Source of the DNA: Sporopachydermia quercuum
Lineage: Eukaryota
DNA length: 64,000 bases
Assembly (NCBI GenBank): GCA_001599295.1
Contig: BCGN01000002.1
Location: 1,798,001 to 1,862,000 of the forward strand
Reading direction: 5' to 3'
Program-made: the position numbers and the translations under genes
Shown here: piece after piece, positions 25,478 through 37,330 of the stretch
Position numbering within the stretch: the stretch's first letter is position 1
How the letters are laid out: every line of letters begins with the position of its first letter
Notes under the pieces: generated by a model
Seen by the model: the letters and a program-made list of their open reading frames with translations, nothing else
Databases searched by the model: none
What the model was told of the DNA's origin: nothing

Positions 25478-27349
25478 TCAGCCTGCTTTGAAAATATCGT
25501 CAATAGCTGAATAGTTAATTTTCCTACTGAAAGATCTCTTCTGTAACATACTCTTCGCTGATTCAGCTGCACTTCCTGCATTATCATCCAATCCTTCATC
25601 ATTGATTAATTTACCTGGATCGTCAGGCAGATCAAACGAAACTTTCATATCAGACTTCTTCGCTCCAAAGTTTGCTCTATTTCCAACCATGCCTAAACCT
25701 GCAATATGTCTTGTGGTGTTTCTTATTTGCTGGGCATTAGCTTTTCGAGCTTTACGCTTAGGTTTAGATGGATTAGTTAATGGATTGCCAAACTCGTCAG
25801 TACCCAACTTAAGCTTCTTCCTTTCCTGATCAATTAGATAATCTTTGTTTTCATTGTGCCAAACAATCTCACGATATTTCTTTGCCTCTTCATCGAGAAA
25901 AAATGTCTCTATTTCATCATCATCAACATCCGACAGGTTCTCAGGATCAGAGTTTATTGTTGATAGGATGTCTGCTGTTTTTGGTAACAAATTTAAATTC
26001 CTTGGTTTATTATGATCAATCTCTTTCTTCTTGTGTCGCCTAGCTCTCGTCTTGCCTTCTTCTTCCATTCCATTGGCATTATTCTTACCATCACCGTCAC
26101 TCATATTGTTGTCACCAAGGGTATTGTCACTAGTGCCATGTACTTTGCTATTCTGTAAAATACTTAGCGAACCAGGATCTTCTCGTAACTTTTTCTTGCG
26201 TTTTGATAGTTTTCCTGTGATAATTTTTATATCTTCTGTAAGTTCTTTATCACTAAAAGAACGATCACTGAGTAAAGTCTTCAATACTTGATTTTGAGCT
26301 ATAGAGCCTTCGCTCAACTGTATATTGTCACCATCACCATGAACTACGATATCATGGACAACATCTTGCTTGTATATAGCATTATTGATTTGCTCGTCTG
26401 TTAGTCCCGATTTCCTCAAATCTGCCATCATTTTTTCTTTCTTGCGGTGTTTCTTATAAGCTGGAGGCACAGCGTCTTCAATAAAATCTCTTGAATCAGC
26501 ACGGAAGTTATTGAGCGATTGAGTAGCTGATGATGTTGTTTTAAACTCGTTTAATCTCTTTTGAATAGTTTCTTCTGCTACATGCGCTACATGAACAATC
26601 TCGGCTTTCGTTCTTCTATGGTTGTTCATTCTTGCTGCAAGAAGGAGACAAGCTCCAGCAATACCTGCGGGTCTTCTACCTTCTTGGATCCATTCAGCGG
26701 ACATTTTCTGGGCTAATTTAACAGCATCATTGATGATTTTCATCTTATCATTCCCGAAATCCAATCTCTCAGCAAAGTGTTGTATGAACAAAGATGGATC
26801 AGCTAATGGCAGATTATTTATATGCAAAGCTTTACACATTTTTAAAAATGTAGCCCCAACTGAGTAAACTGAGATCTGCAGCCTCGACGAAAAATCAATT
26901 AGCATATGATGTGTCCTTTCCTTTCTGCAAGCAATGTATAAACAAGTAGCAATCACATTCTGTGACCGACGGCCCTGAACGAAATTATTAGTCAAAGCTA
27001 TATGATACCATTGGTTTGCTGCATCTGTTATATAATCAGGGATCTTTAAAGCAGCTGCTACACTTCTAATCCTTCTTTTCGCATTAGCAAGTGTTTGTTC
27101 CCTGCTTTCAATACCTGTGCCTTTTCCTGCACCATAAGGACCTGAGAATCTAGCACCAGATTGGTCGGGACCAATAAAGGAACCTTGAACAGCAGCAGCT
27201 CCAGAAGAGGTTTCGACAAAAGAAACCTCCGAGACAATTGGATTTTCTTCTTGAACAGTACCACATTCTTTACACGCCAAATCTCCTGACGCTGTGGAGT
27301 GATCTCGAACAAACTCGGTGCTGCCACAGTTCCGGCACTTAACTGCCAT
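25478..27349 (-). CDS. BRF1: TFIIIB subunit Brf1
   Basis: Zn ribbon CRNCG...CKECG, cyclin repeats (NFVQGRRS, GRRPAGIAGAC), C-terminal SRKINYSAI. The start could instead be ATG 27355. Confidence 0.95.
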   Translation of the reverse strand: MAVKCRNCGSTEFVRDHSTASGDLACKECGTVQEENPIVSEVSFVETSSGAAAVQGSFIGPDQSGARFSGPYGAGKGTGIESREQTLANAKRRIRSVAAALKIPDYITDAANQWYHIALTNNFVQGRRSQNVIATCLYIACRKERTHHMLIDFSSRLQISVYSVGATFLKMCKALHINNLPLADPSLFIQHFAERLDFGNDKMKIINDAVKLAQKMSAEWIQEGRRPAGIAGACLLLAARMNNHRRTKAEIVHVAHVAEETIQKRLNEFKTTSSATQSLNNFRADSRDFIEDAVPPAYKKHRKKEKMMADLRKSGLTDEQINNAIYKQDVVHDIVVHGDGDNIQLSEGSIAQNQVLKTLLSDRSFSDKELTEDIKIITGKLSKRKKKLREDPGSLSILQNSKVHGTSDNTLGDNNMSDGDGKNNANGMEEEGKTRARRHKKKEIDHNKPRNLNLLPKTADILSTINSDPENLSDVDDDEIETFFLDEEAKKYREIVWHNENKDYLIDQERKKLKLGTDEFGNPLTNPSKPKRKARKANAQQIRNTTRHIAGLGMVGNRANFGAKKSDMKVSFDLPDDPGKLINDEGLDDNAGSAAESAKSMLQKRSFSRKINYSAIDDIFKAG

Positions 27350-28033
27350 GTTCATTGTATGAGATAACAACGGGGTATTCTATTCGACTGGCACACAGTT
27401 TCTCTGCTTAATGTCCAACAAATAACCCCTCTATGGCATGCTAGGCTGTTTATGGAGATACCAATTATGTAAATTGCAATACTCTTAATACAATAGCTTC
27501 AGTAATACTGCAAATAGTTATAACGAACGGATAACGAAAAAGATAGTGAAAATCAACAACAGTCCATAGAGCTTCCTGATCTTTCCTGGTTGAATAACAA
27601 AAAACCGTTGATAACAGAAAACTAGCCTATCAAGTGTCTCTTCCCTCTTCTCGATAGCTTCGGCCTACAAGACATCTGTTGCACAATCACTTATTGTTTA
27701 TTCTATTCTCATAATAAACAAAAAATAGGAGAAAAACATTAGAGAGGAAAAACCGGAAAAAAAAAGTGTTGGCATTGAATTATTTCCGATATAGTAATGG
27801 TTTCTCTATTGCATAATCATAAACTAGAAGGTGGATGGGTGTTTTACCCCTTTGGGGATACTTCTAAAGATATTGTGCTTCTTGCATGAAAAATACAATA
27901 GACAGCGTACTTAATCATGCATCTGTCTCATTCTTGCAGTGATTACGCATATTTTCTATATAACTAAGGCCAAGTTCTATTTAACACTCACTACTCTTCA
28001 CGAAAGACTGTCCAACGGTACCACTATCAACTG

Positions 28034-28042
28034 TTTGCCACC
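28034..28042 (-). promoter_or_regulatory. PACE (Rpn4 site) GGTGGCAAA upstream of RPN3
   Basis: Exact TTTGCCACC on the + strand, about 150 bp before the RPN3 ATG. Confidence 0.8.
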
Positions 28043-28193
28043 AATTAATCATACCACTACAATAATTCATCGGCATAATTATCGGCAATATCTACATATT
28101 CTACCTGTTGTATTTCAATTGACTAAGCTGTTTTGCTAAAAAACTGCAAAAAATTCAGTAAAGCCGTCGAATCAACAATCTGCCTCCGCCACA

Positions 28194-29654
28194 ATGGAAG
28201 TCGATACTCCTACTACAACAAACACGCCAGATGTGGAGAGCGAAGCTTTAGTTATCGAAGACATCAAACAACATTTTCTCTCCCTTGAAAAATCTGCCTC
28301 TACCTTTGATCCAAGATTTATTTTAAAGGTTTTCCGAGATTTAGCTGCATTAAGGAAGAGATTGACATCCAATGTGTTGAGAACAATCATCAATCAAACA
28401 TATGGATCTAATGACTACACAGCTATTGTATTACTGCAGTTTGTGAAACCAACAGAAAGCTCGACCGCTGAAGACAGTAGAATGGAAGAAACAAATGAAG
28501 ATAATGATGAAGAGAAGCAAGTCATTCCAGAGATTGATATGTTCATCCATCTACTGATTCAGATATATCTTTTAGATCGCAATGAGTTAGAAGAAAGCTC
28601 AGCATTCATTGGGAAGGTAATGGATAAACTAAGTAGCTATAACACAAGATCGTTGGATTTTATATCAGCTAAGATATGGTTTTACATTGCTAGAATTGCA
28701 GAATTATCTGGTACATTGTACGATATTAGACCTCACCTACTGGCAGCATTAAGAACTGCCACTTTACGTTATGATACAGAAACACAAGCTTCATTGATCA
28801 CTTTGTTACTAAGAAACTATTTGTTGACTCAAAACTACAGTCAGGCTGCCAATTTGATTGCTAAAACAACTTTCCCAGAATCGGCTGGCAACGCTTTAGT
28901 TGCTAGATACTATTACTATCTTGCCAGAGTAAATGCTATTCAACTGCATTACTCGTCAGCTCATGATTGCTCCATTAGTGCTATCAGGAAGGCTCCTCAA
29001 ACGAAATTGAGTGCTGGATTTGTTCAAGCTGCTCGTAAGCTTAATATTGTCATTGAATTACTTATGGGAGACATTCCTGAATTATCTATTTTCCGTCAAC
29101 CAATGTTTGAAAAAGCTTTAGCACCATATTTGGCTGTCACTCAAGCTGTAAGAGTTGGTGACTTGAAATTATTTGCTAAAACTGTTTCTCAATATAGTGA
29201 TGTACTAAAGAAAGACGGAAATCTTTCTCTAGTCTCCAGATTACGTCAAAATGTCATCAAGACTGGTATCAGAACTATTAGTTTATCATATTCAAGAATT
29301 TCCTTAAAGGATATTTGCATTAAACTTCATTTAGAATCAGAAGAAACTGCTGAATATGTCGTCTCTCGTGCTATCAGAGATGGTGTCATTGAAGCTACAA
29401 TCAATCATGAAAAAGGATTTATGGAATCAAAAGAACTACTTGATGTTTATGCTACTTCAGAGCCACAGAAAACTTTTGATGACAGAATCCAATTCTGTAT
29501 CTCTTTACATAACGATAGTGTGAAAGCTATGAGATATCCTATGAGTACCAATAGAGTTGAGGCAAAGGCTGAAGATGAGGAATCAAGGGAGAGAGAAACT
29601 GAACTGTTAGCTGAATTGTTAGAAGGTGATTTTGATGGTGATGATTATCTTTAG
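28194..29654 (+). CDS. RPN3: 26S proteasome lid subunit Rpn3 (486 aa)
   Basis: LRTATLR, ARYYYYLAR, AIRKAP, ELLMGDIP and PCI domain (RLRQNVIKTGIRTISLSYSRISL...AIRDGVIEA), VKAMRYP. Confidence 0.96.
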   Translation: MEVDTPTTTNTPDVESEALVIEDIKQHFLSLEKSASTFDPRFILKVFRDLAALRKRLTSNVLRTIINQTYGSNDYTAIVLLQFVKPTESSTAEDSRMEETNEDNDEEKQVIPEIDMFIHLLIQIYLLDRNELEESSAFIGKVMDKLSSYNTRSLDFISAKIWFYIARIAELSGTLYDIRPHLLAALRTATLRYDTETQASLITLLLRNYLLTQNYSQAANLIAKTTFPESAGNALVARYYYYLARVNAIQLHYSSAHDCSISAIRKAPQTKLSAGFVQAARKLNIVIELLMGDIPELSIFRQPMFEKALAPYLAVTQAVRVGDLKLFAKTVSQYSDVLKKDGNLSLVSRLRQNVIKTGIRTISLSYSRISLKDICIKLHLESEETAEYVVSRAIRDGVIEATINHEKGFMESKELLDVYATSEPQKTFDDRIQFCISLHNDSVKAMRYPMSTNRVEAKAEDEESRERETELLAELLEGDFDGDDYL

Positions 29655-29950
29655 AATGTGCATATTCAAGTGAAAATAGATAGTACTACGATTTTTCATT
29701 CAAACAGTTCATACAAACCGTTCAAACTATACTCAAATTTTTTTTTTTTGGTCAACTGGCATGTTTGATAAACTATGAGCAGCTTAACTAGTTGTCTAAT
29801 TTACCTTCCGTCTTTCTTTCTTACTATTTTAATGTACAAATTAAAAGAAATCTAATAATAATGATTTATTTGCTAGTTCATCTCGTAAAATACCAATAGA
29901 TAAAATTCTAGAAGAAACAAGAAACTGCCTAGTGCTAATAGTAAGAACCA

Positions 29951-31558
29951 TCAACTATCAGAGTTTCCATCTGTTGCTGTTTCCTTTGATGTCCTTTTAC
30001 TCAAACTTGCTTCATATGTTTTATCGCTGAATCTCAACCCCGAAGCTGTCGATGATGCTTCAGCACTCATAGTATCATTCGTTTGAGTCCTGCTATCGTG
30101 TTTACTAGGAGAAACAATAAAATCATCGTTGAACTTTACACTAGATGATTCAAACTCACTATCACTATTACCATCTTTTTCATCAGCATCATCATACTCT
30201 CCGTCTTCTTTATTGGTATCCTCAATCAGATTATCAAATACACTATCCTTGTTAATAGTGTCTTTATTTTCATCATTTTTATCGGATCGAATAGAATCGA
30301 CTTGTTCAAACGCCTCAACTTGGGGTTTAAACGTCTTCGATTTGGATATATGTTTATCTCTTTGAATGCTAACTAGTTCAGCAACACGGACCCATCTTCT
30401 TCTTCTAGTGAACTTGCCTGATGGTTCGTTTGATGGATTTCTCCATGTATTATCATAGTAAATCCATCCTTCATCACTGTCTGGATTAGCAGATAAGGCA
30501 TTTTTCTTGCCATGAGGTAAAACCAAAACACCATTGAACGTTATATCACATTTCCAAGTTTTATCTATCCATTTCCATCTCACGCCTTCCACATCAACAT
30601 TTGGGAGTTTGAAATCATCGAGCGGATCAGTTGCATTGAGATATTCATCGGTCCAGGCTGATCTTTCATATGCGAGTAAATTAGAAGTCCAACCAATTCC
30701 CACCCATCTTCTTTGATTTTCATATACAACATATGTAAATCGTATAGGTCTTCCATCTGATTGTTGTAACTGCAGGGGTAAAGCTGATATGTCATCAAGC
30801 AACGATTTGATGGATTTATTTGATTTCTCTTGCTCATCTGTATAATCAAGCGACGTGACATAAAATGTAAGCAATCTGATAGTTCGAGATCTCCATAATA
30901 ACGTCCTGATGACTTTAGCATATAGTGAATGATACGTAAGAAAAAGCACTCCTACTACTAGCGCAATGGATTTAGAAGATAGTAGTAGTGAAGCAATGAA
31001 GATATACAAAGGAGATAGAAATACAGAGGCAATAAACAGTCTTTTCACATCATCAAAAGATAAATCAAGTGTTGATACTGGATGTAATAACAGATTGAAC
31101 CTTGAAGAAGCATCTGCCAGTGTGTGTACTATTTCATCCAATGTGGGATTGATTAACGTAGACACATTCGATTGAATCTTCACGTAAGCACCAATCAGTA
31201 AAACAAGAATAATGGGACCAAAATAAACTGTAATTACTTCCCAGTAAATAACCGATAGCGCATATAAAGAAACCGCTATAAATCCAATATAAGGATCTTC
31301 ATTGGTCCATGTGAGTACAGATAAGACAAAATTCACTACTAATATCATTGGATAAGCAGAAGAGAGAGTCTTTGATACTAATGCTGGCGTTGAAGCCAGT
31401 AAAGGCGAGGTTCCGGAGTATATGGAGCCATTTGGTGGAGTGAAATTAGCATATGTTTGAGCAGCTGATCCTATTGATTTCCTATTTGCACGGTATGAAT
31501 CCTTGCTTGAAGAAGAGGAAGACATGGAGCTGATCCAATTTGTATCAACAGCTGCCAT
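29951..31558 (-). CDS. PEX30: Pex30/Pex31 (Pex23-family) peroxin with dysferlin domain (535 aa)
   Basis: Hydrophobic reticulon-like N-half, YENQRRWVGIGW, GWIYYDNTW and FTRRRRWVR dysferlin motifs, acidic tail. Confidence 0.85.
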   Translation of the reverse strand: MAAVDTNWISSMSSSSSSKDSYRANRKSIGSAAQTYANFTPPNGSIYSGTSPLLASTPALVSKTLSSAYPMILVVNFVLSVLTWTNEDPYIGFIAVSLYALSVIYWEVITVYFGPIILVLLIGAYVKIQSNVSTLINPTLDEIVHTLADASSRFNLLLHPVSTLDLSFDDVKRLFIASVFLSPLYIFIASLLLSSKSIALVVGVLFLTYHSLYAKVIRTLLWRSRTIRLLTFYVTSLDYTDEQEKSNKSIKSLLDDISALPLQLQQSDGRPIRFTYVVYENQRRWVGIGWTSNLLAYERSAWTDEYLNATDPLDDFKLPNVDVEGVRWKWIDKTWKCDITFNGVLVLPHGKKNALSANPDSDEGWIYYDNTWRNPSNEPSGKFTRRRRWVRVAELVSIQRDKHISKSKTFKPQVEAFEQVDSIRSDKNDENKDTINKDSVFDNLIEDTNKEDGEYDDADEKDGNSDSEFESSSVKFNDDFIVSPSKHDSRTQTNDTMSAEASSTASGLRFSDKTYEASLSKRTSKETATDGNSDS

Positions 31559-32703
31559 CCACTTAGTAGATCTTAAAAGTAAAAGGTTGTTTGAAAGTCA
31601 ACTTGGAAGTTGTCAGCAAAACCAAATTGATTCACAGATTGTGATCTTTTATTTGACACTTAAATCGTGGTTCTCGAGTAAACAAAAACACGTTGCACTA
31701 GTATTACAATTAGTTGTTTGAGCGGTTACTACTTTAGTTACTGCCTAATAAGAAATGGTGAGTTCAACGGATACATCAAATCGTATCAAATCGTTGTTTA
31801 ATTTCTGAATTAGGCCCCTGTATAATGTAAATCATCTAACAATAAATCATAGCTCATAATACCAAATAGATAATGAATCAAGGTACATATTTCTATATGC
31901 TTCCTAACAGTAAAGATTATGACGATGCTCATTGAAATGTGATGATTGAAATGGTAAGTTAGTTTGATNGACTTCCATTAGGGTAGGCGGAGACAGTTAA
32001 AGTTTATGCACTTCATATGTAGGAAAACACTTTATTATAGGAATTGGAAAAAAGATTCTTAGGGCTATTGTAAGTGATTACATGTATCGAATTGTATTTC
32101 ATTCGTTCTGATTCGAAGGTAGAGTGGTAGCATGAGTTGTTTATAGAGGTAGTTATTAATAGTTGTTAGCGGTTTTTGTAACAGAAATTAACAGCATTCT
32201 GCTACAAGGGGGTATCAGTATTTGTCTTGAGAATGGTTAGAGTTTGACTATATATGCAGCGCGAGATTACCGAATTGGGGAAATGAGGGGAATTTAATGC
32301 TGAGAGCTTCGATGAAAGCGCCTTATAAGCTCAAAAGGCCAAATATTGCAAGAAAAGAGGACTTTAGACATTGATTTTGTCTCATTGAAACTTTGAAGCT
32401 CTTAGTGTCAAGATATGCAGAACTTCCTACAGATTACTTACATGTTAGTATATTGTTGGTTTAATTTCAACTTTAGGTTTGAAACCTAATGCAATATTTG
32501 CAGGAAATTCTTCAAACTTAATTTACCCTCGGTAAATTAGAACTGAAAAATGAATATAAAGTACAACTTGAACGGAAAATGTATGAACAAGGATGAAAAT
32601 GAAAACTAAATAAATCAAGAAAAATAATAGAAATCTATTTTATAAAAAGAACTTGTATACTTTGTGAAATACAATAAACCATATTTCAGTTTATACGACG
32701 CTC

Positions 32704-33740
32704 TCAATTAGGAGCAAACTTCACTTCCATATCTGCAACCGATTTCTGCAGACCTTCCTTATCTAAAATCATCAAATGGAATCTAGGAAATATTCCGTAG
32801 TCTTGAAAAGTTCTTTTAGAATCGGCTTCTTGACTGGTTTTAGTATACTTCATGGATTTATAGAACTTAGCATGAGTTTGTAATACTTCATCTTCTTCAT
32901 GGAAATAAAAGATTTGCCTAGCTGCTTCATCATGCTTTGACCTCTTCGGTTTTGGTTTTCTGACATCTTCATCATCAATTGAAGAACTAACTTCTATGAA
33001 AGTCTTAGATATAATGATGTAGTTATCAAATTCATAAGGTTCTTTGTTTTCCACTGCCTTGTTCATTTCTGATTCTAAGAGTTTGTACATAGGTGGTACA
33101 ACTTCCACAGGCATGTTGATCAACCTTTCACTAATAATCAATCCAGTATTGGTTTTGCCATTAGATAATAGTTTTCGTAGATACAAATTGAACTCAGGAA
33201 ACTTATTGGTCTTTTCTAAGAAATAATTTAGTAGGGACTTTATCACTGGTTTATCCTTATTTTCGTTTATATTCAATACTGTCAAAACAGCAAATGGATC
33301 ACTTTCTTTACCATCAGTTTTAATAGTTGAACCAAGGGAACAATTCGCAAGCATTAAGTCAGCCAATGCACCCAAGTCAAACAACACGTTATCAACGTCA
33401 AATAGTTGTCGTAGCAAGTTTTTGAACGCATGATAATCAATATCAGGATTAGGATCAAAATAGTCAAAATCAACATTAACTATCTTATCCTCTTCAGGTA
33501 TTGATTCAATGTCTGAATCATTTTCGTCATCATCAGAATCGTTTCCATTCAATAGGTTCTTCTGCTCACAAGTAAACAACCTGTTAGAATATTTATCAAG
33601 AATGACAATAAAACCAACACAATGTCCCAGCATTTTAAATAACAAACACAGGTCTGAACGGTTTTGCAGAGCCATTATCCAGTACTTACCTCATCAATTG
33701 GATCACCAGCTTCGACATCATCCTGTTTTCTTTTGGACAT
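32704..33740 (-). CDS. BCP1: Bcp1 (BCCIP family); exons 33740-33690 and 33561-32704 (302 aa)
   Basis: VNVDFDYFD, DYHAFKNLLRQLF, LIISERLINMP. Exon 1 (MSKRKQDD...) is followed by GTAAGT, a TTCTAAC branch and an in-frame CAG acceptor (128-nt intron). Confidence 0.9.
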
Positions 33741-34277
33741 TTTGAATGAAATCAGCACAATTTCTGATTAGATTGTATTATTTACATAGATAGTTAGTAA
33801 AAAGTATGTGGCTACTTCTATCAATATAATAGTATGCAACTATTTGGCTCGGAAATGAATCAATAAAGAAATATATGATTAATCATAGTAAAAGAAATTT
33901 CTTATTCTAAAAGACCTCTTCAGGTATGCATAGAGACGCGGGTATATGTATATTATGCATATACATATTTATGCGGGATATATAAAGCTATGGAATTGNA
34001 ACAGCAGTGAATGAAGCAAAAAAATATAACGTATTTGTTTCTGTAAGAACACTTAGAACCTATTGGTCAATTTCATCAAAAGCTAGAAAATAAGAATCAA
34101 ATTTACTATCAAAAGAATCAATCCAAGTGTCAAGTGGCATCTCAAGCTAGAGCATTCGTTCCCAAAGAGATAAAACCACTAAAGTTATATACAATATGTA
34201 CTTTACGCATAAAGGTGCAGATGGTTTCTGATCTTTCGCAATGATATTGTATCAAGGAAGAATTGATAGTGATTGAT

Positions 34278-34362
34278 ATTATTATTACTATTGTTACTAT
34301 TACTGTTATTACTATTACTGTTATTACTATTTCTATTGTTACTATTACTATTATTACTATTA
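34278..34362. repeat. Degenerate trinucleotide microsatellite (ATT/ACT/GTT)n
   Basis: About 28 triplet units downstream of SRP101; this explains the spurious V/I/T-rich ORF at 34142-34372. Confidence 0.85.
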
Positions 34363-34512
34363 AACTAAACATATCATTCTATCCAAATTAATTATTAATC
34401 TGTTGAGTTCACAACAGTAACTACTCGAAATCCTCATATAGAACACATGATAACATCTTGCTACGTCTTGTGAGAAAAGCTTCTGATCTCAACTTCTGTC
34501 ACTGCTCCCCCA

Positions 34513-36276
34513 TTACGACATTAGCATATTGACAGCCCAATCAACACTCAACGTACGCAAATCAGTATAATTCTGACCAGTTCCAACGAATAAAACTGGA
34601 ATGCCAGTAGCATAAACCATATTCACCATTGAACCAATCATATCTCCGACCGTATCACATTTAGATATGATGAAAAAATCAAGCTTCCTGTTCTTACCAA
34701 ATGCATCATTAAAGTTCTTTGCTTGCATAACAGAATCGGTCCCCACTAAGGCTTCTCCAACCATTACAATCTTATTTGGATTGGCTGCTTTAGCAAATGT
34801 CTCCAATGGAGCCATCAAATGGGCATCATTATGTCGTCTTCCTGCTGTATCCATTAATACTATGTCGAAATTGTTCTTTGATGCAAACTTTATAGAGTCT
34901 CTTGCTATTCTTGCTACTAAATCAGCCCCTCCGTAACCAGCAGAGTATAAGTCAATATTTCCAACTTCAGTTTCTCTTTCAGTCAAGAGTTTCAGTCTTC
35001 TTACATGAGTTTTCAACTGCTCTACTGCTCCTGATCTAAACGTATCACAAGCAACAATCAGCACATTGAAATTGTTCTGCAGTAACCAAAATGCCATCTT
35101 AGACAAATTGGTAGATTTACCTACACCATTCACACCAACGACTGATATCACATAAGGCTTTTTGGCTTTTTTATGATTCTGGATGTCCTGCAGTAAATCT
35201 GTAGATGTGTTTGGTGTCAAAAGTGTTCTCAACGATTCAGTAATAGCCGCTTTAAGTGTGGCTTCAACAGAAGTCCACGATGCAGTTTTAGACCCCAGTA
35301 GCTTTTTAGATGCTGAGTTACAAATACCTTCTGCAACCTCAGGAGCAATATTTTTCTTAAGTAAATGCTGCTGTAAAGCATTGATTGATTTCTCCAATTC
35401 TTCTTGAGTAATTGTTTGACCACCAATAAATTTCCGCAAGAATGANCTGGATCCAAAGCCTGATGATGACTTGGTAGCCTCGGAAAGCTTGCTACTGCTA
35501 TCCGAGTTTAGAATTGAGGCTAGTTCATTCGATAGATCTGCTGGGATATATTGTCCGGCTTNAGATTTGGATCCCCAACTTTGTAGCTTTATATTCTCCA
35601 CAGCAGCTTCATCAGCAACGCTCTCCTCATTCTCTTCGCCAACAGAATAATCTAATACTGCATTGTTGTCCACGTTGTCTAATAATCCACCATCAGCGTC
35701 CCAAACTCTTTGTTTTTTAGTATGTTTGCTCTTATTTGATNATGATTTGTTAGGAGAAACATCGTTACCTGGTGATAATGATCCAGCTTGACCAGACTGA
35801 TCATTTGGTAAGCTATTCTTTGGGTTGGATTGTTGTTCCAACTCGGAAATCCTAGCATTTACTAGTTGATCGAACTTTTCAATATTTACCCCAGTTGATA
35901 AATATATATCTTGCTTTTTATTATCAAGAACATTGTCTAGACAGCAGTTTTCAAACAGCTTTCTGGTATCAGTAAGAACACCATCAACAAACCGAGGGCT
36001 TACACGGTCTAAGCTCGAGTAAACAGCAACATAGAATAATTGCACCCCAGATTCATAAGTTTCTGGTATATATTTCAATGTATAGTTTGCTTTGCTAAAG
36101 CTGAGAATTGAATCGATTCCCAATGATTTACCTAGAATACTTGAATCAGCAATCAGCTCACCTACAAATGCCCTGAGTAGGCCTTCTAGTTTGATATGGC
36201 TTATTGATGAAACCAAAGCCTTGTTTTCATACAGAACAATGCCTGATGATGTGAATACTATCAGTTGATCAATCAT
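34513..36276 (-). CDS. SRP101: SRP receptor alpha subunit (587 aa)
   Basis: Longin-like N-terminus (MIDQLIVFTSSGIVLY) and SRP GTPase motifs GVNGVGKST, ACDTFRSGAVEQL, DTAGR, GTGQNYTDL. Confidence 0.96.
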   Translation of the reverse strand: MIDQLIVFTSSGIVLYENKALVSSISHIKLEGLLRAFVGELIADSSILGKSLGIDSILSFSKANYTLKYIPETYESGVQLFYVAVYSSLDRVSPRFVDGVLTDTRKLFENCCLDNVLDNKKQDIYLSTGVNIEKFDQLVNARISELEQQSNPKNSLPNDQSGQAGSLSPGNDVSPNKSXSNKSKHTKKQRVWDADGGLLDNVDNNAVLDYSVGEENEESVADEAAVENIKLQSWGSKSXAGQYIPADLSNELASILNSDSSSKLSEATKSSSGFGSXSFLRKFIGGQTITQEELEKSINALQQHLLKKNIAPEVAEGICNSASKKLLGSKTASWTSVEATLKAAITESLRTLLTPNTSTDLLQDIQNHKKAKKPYVISVVGVNGVGKSTNLSKMAFWLLQNNFNVLIVACDTFRSGAVEQLKTHVRRLKLLTERETEVGNIDLYSAGYGGADLVARIARDSIKFASKNNFDIVLMDTAGRRHNDAHLMAPLETFAKAANPNKIVMVGEALVGTDSVMQAKNFNDAFGKNRKLDFFIISKCDTVGDMIGSMVNMVYATGIPVLFVGTGQNYTDLRTLSVDWAVNMLMS

Positions 36277-37009
36277 TGTTTTTAATCGTTCTGCAATAAC
36301 AGATTCGTACTTAGATCCTAATTGTATCGTGGATCACTTAGTCTCAGTTCTCCCAATCAAGTGAACGGAGTACTGGACAGAGTTCAAGCTATATGTGCCA
36401 ATATGTGCGAAACTACAGTGAACCACTAAGGACCATCAAATCTCAATAACAACTTGCTGAACCTCAGCTGCTAATAAATCTATCACTTCTAACAACAGGA
36501 TCATTACAGTAATTGAATTACCTGTTAGTCCATGTTCATTAGTGAACGAACCTGTACAATTTTCATCGAATGTGCATTATGTGTTGATTTGAGTTAGAGT
36601 GAGTCTGCGTGTTAATGCACAAATATGCATGTAAGGGTGAAGTTGATTGCATATTGGGATTCGCTATCTTACATATAATTATTAACAAGATAAAAGAACT
36701 AAAGTCAAGGAGCGAACCATAGAAAGCATTGAGCGGTGTAAACTATAAAAACACCAAATTAGTTTAGTACTCTTGACCTTTAAGATTATTTTGAAAAATC
36801 TTTTGTCCTTCGTCTTTCATCCTTCATTCTTTAATCAACTCTTATCCTTGCAATATTGCAGCAATCATTTCATGCATAATCGGCATTTTGCTGCATAATA
36901 TCACAGAAGCCAATATTGAGACCCCATGCTACTTACCTTACCCTACTTCCACCACAAAAGTACAAACTGATAGTTCACCATTCATAGAAACGATTGTATG
37001 TAGCATTCA

Positions 37010-37018
37010 ATTGCCACC
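37010..37018 (-). promoter_or_regulatory. PACE-like Rpn4 site GGTGGCAAT upstream of RPT5
   Basis: One mismatch to GGTGGCAAA, about 310 bp upstream of a proteasome gene. Confidence 0.6.
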
Positions 37019-37330
37019 ACGAGACACACGAACTCCAACTGTCTTATAGGATTGATATTATTGCCAAGAACGTGTCAGGTAGTCGATCGATTACTTTTAT
37101 TATTGCTATATCTCAGGTTTACCAAAGTTCAAAGTCGCAGGAAGCTTGTAATATAAGTAGATTGATGTTCAACCTGGAAGTGTGAGAGAGGGAATATTTG
37201 GAGACCAACCATCTGACGTATGAATCATCATTATCAATAGTATCACTAATCTTAAAAGCTATAGAAAAGGCAACTTGTCAATCAGATTATAAATTGTCAC
37301 AATCAGGTATATACAGAATAATCGATCAAG

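Noticed and set aside
34142..34372. 76-aa hydrophobic ORF resembling a membrane peptide
   Set aside because: It is the translation of a trinucleotide microsatellite and has no ATG at its start.
36996..37264. Possible 5' UTR intron of RPT5 (GTATGT...ACTAAT...TAG)
   Set aside because: The branch is weak and the span contains the PACE-like promoter element.
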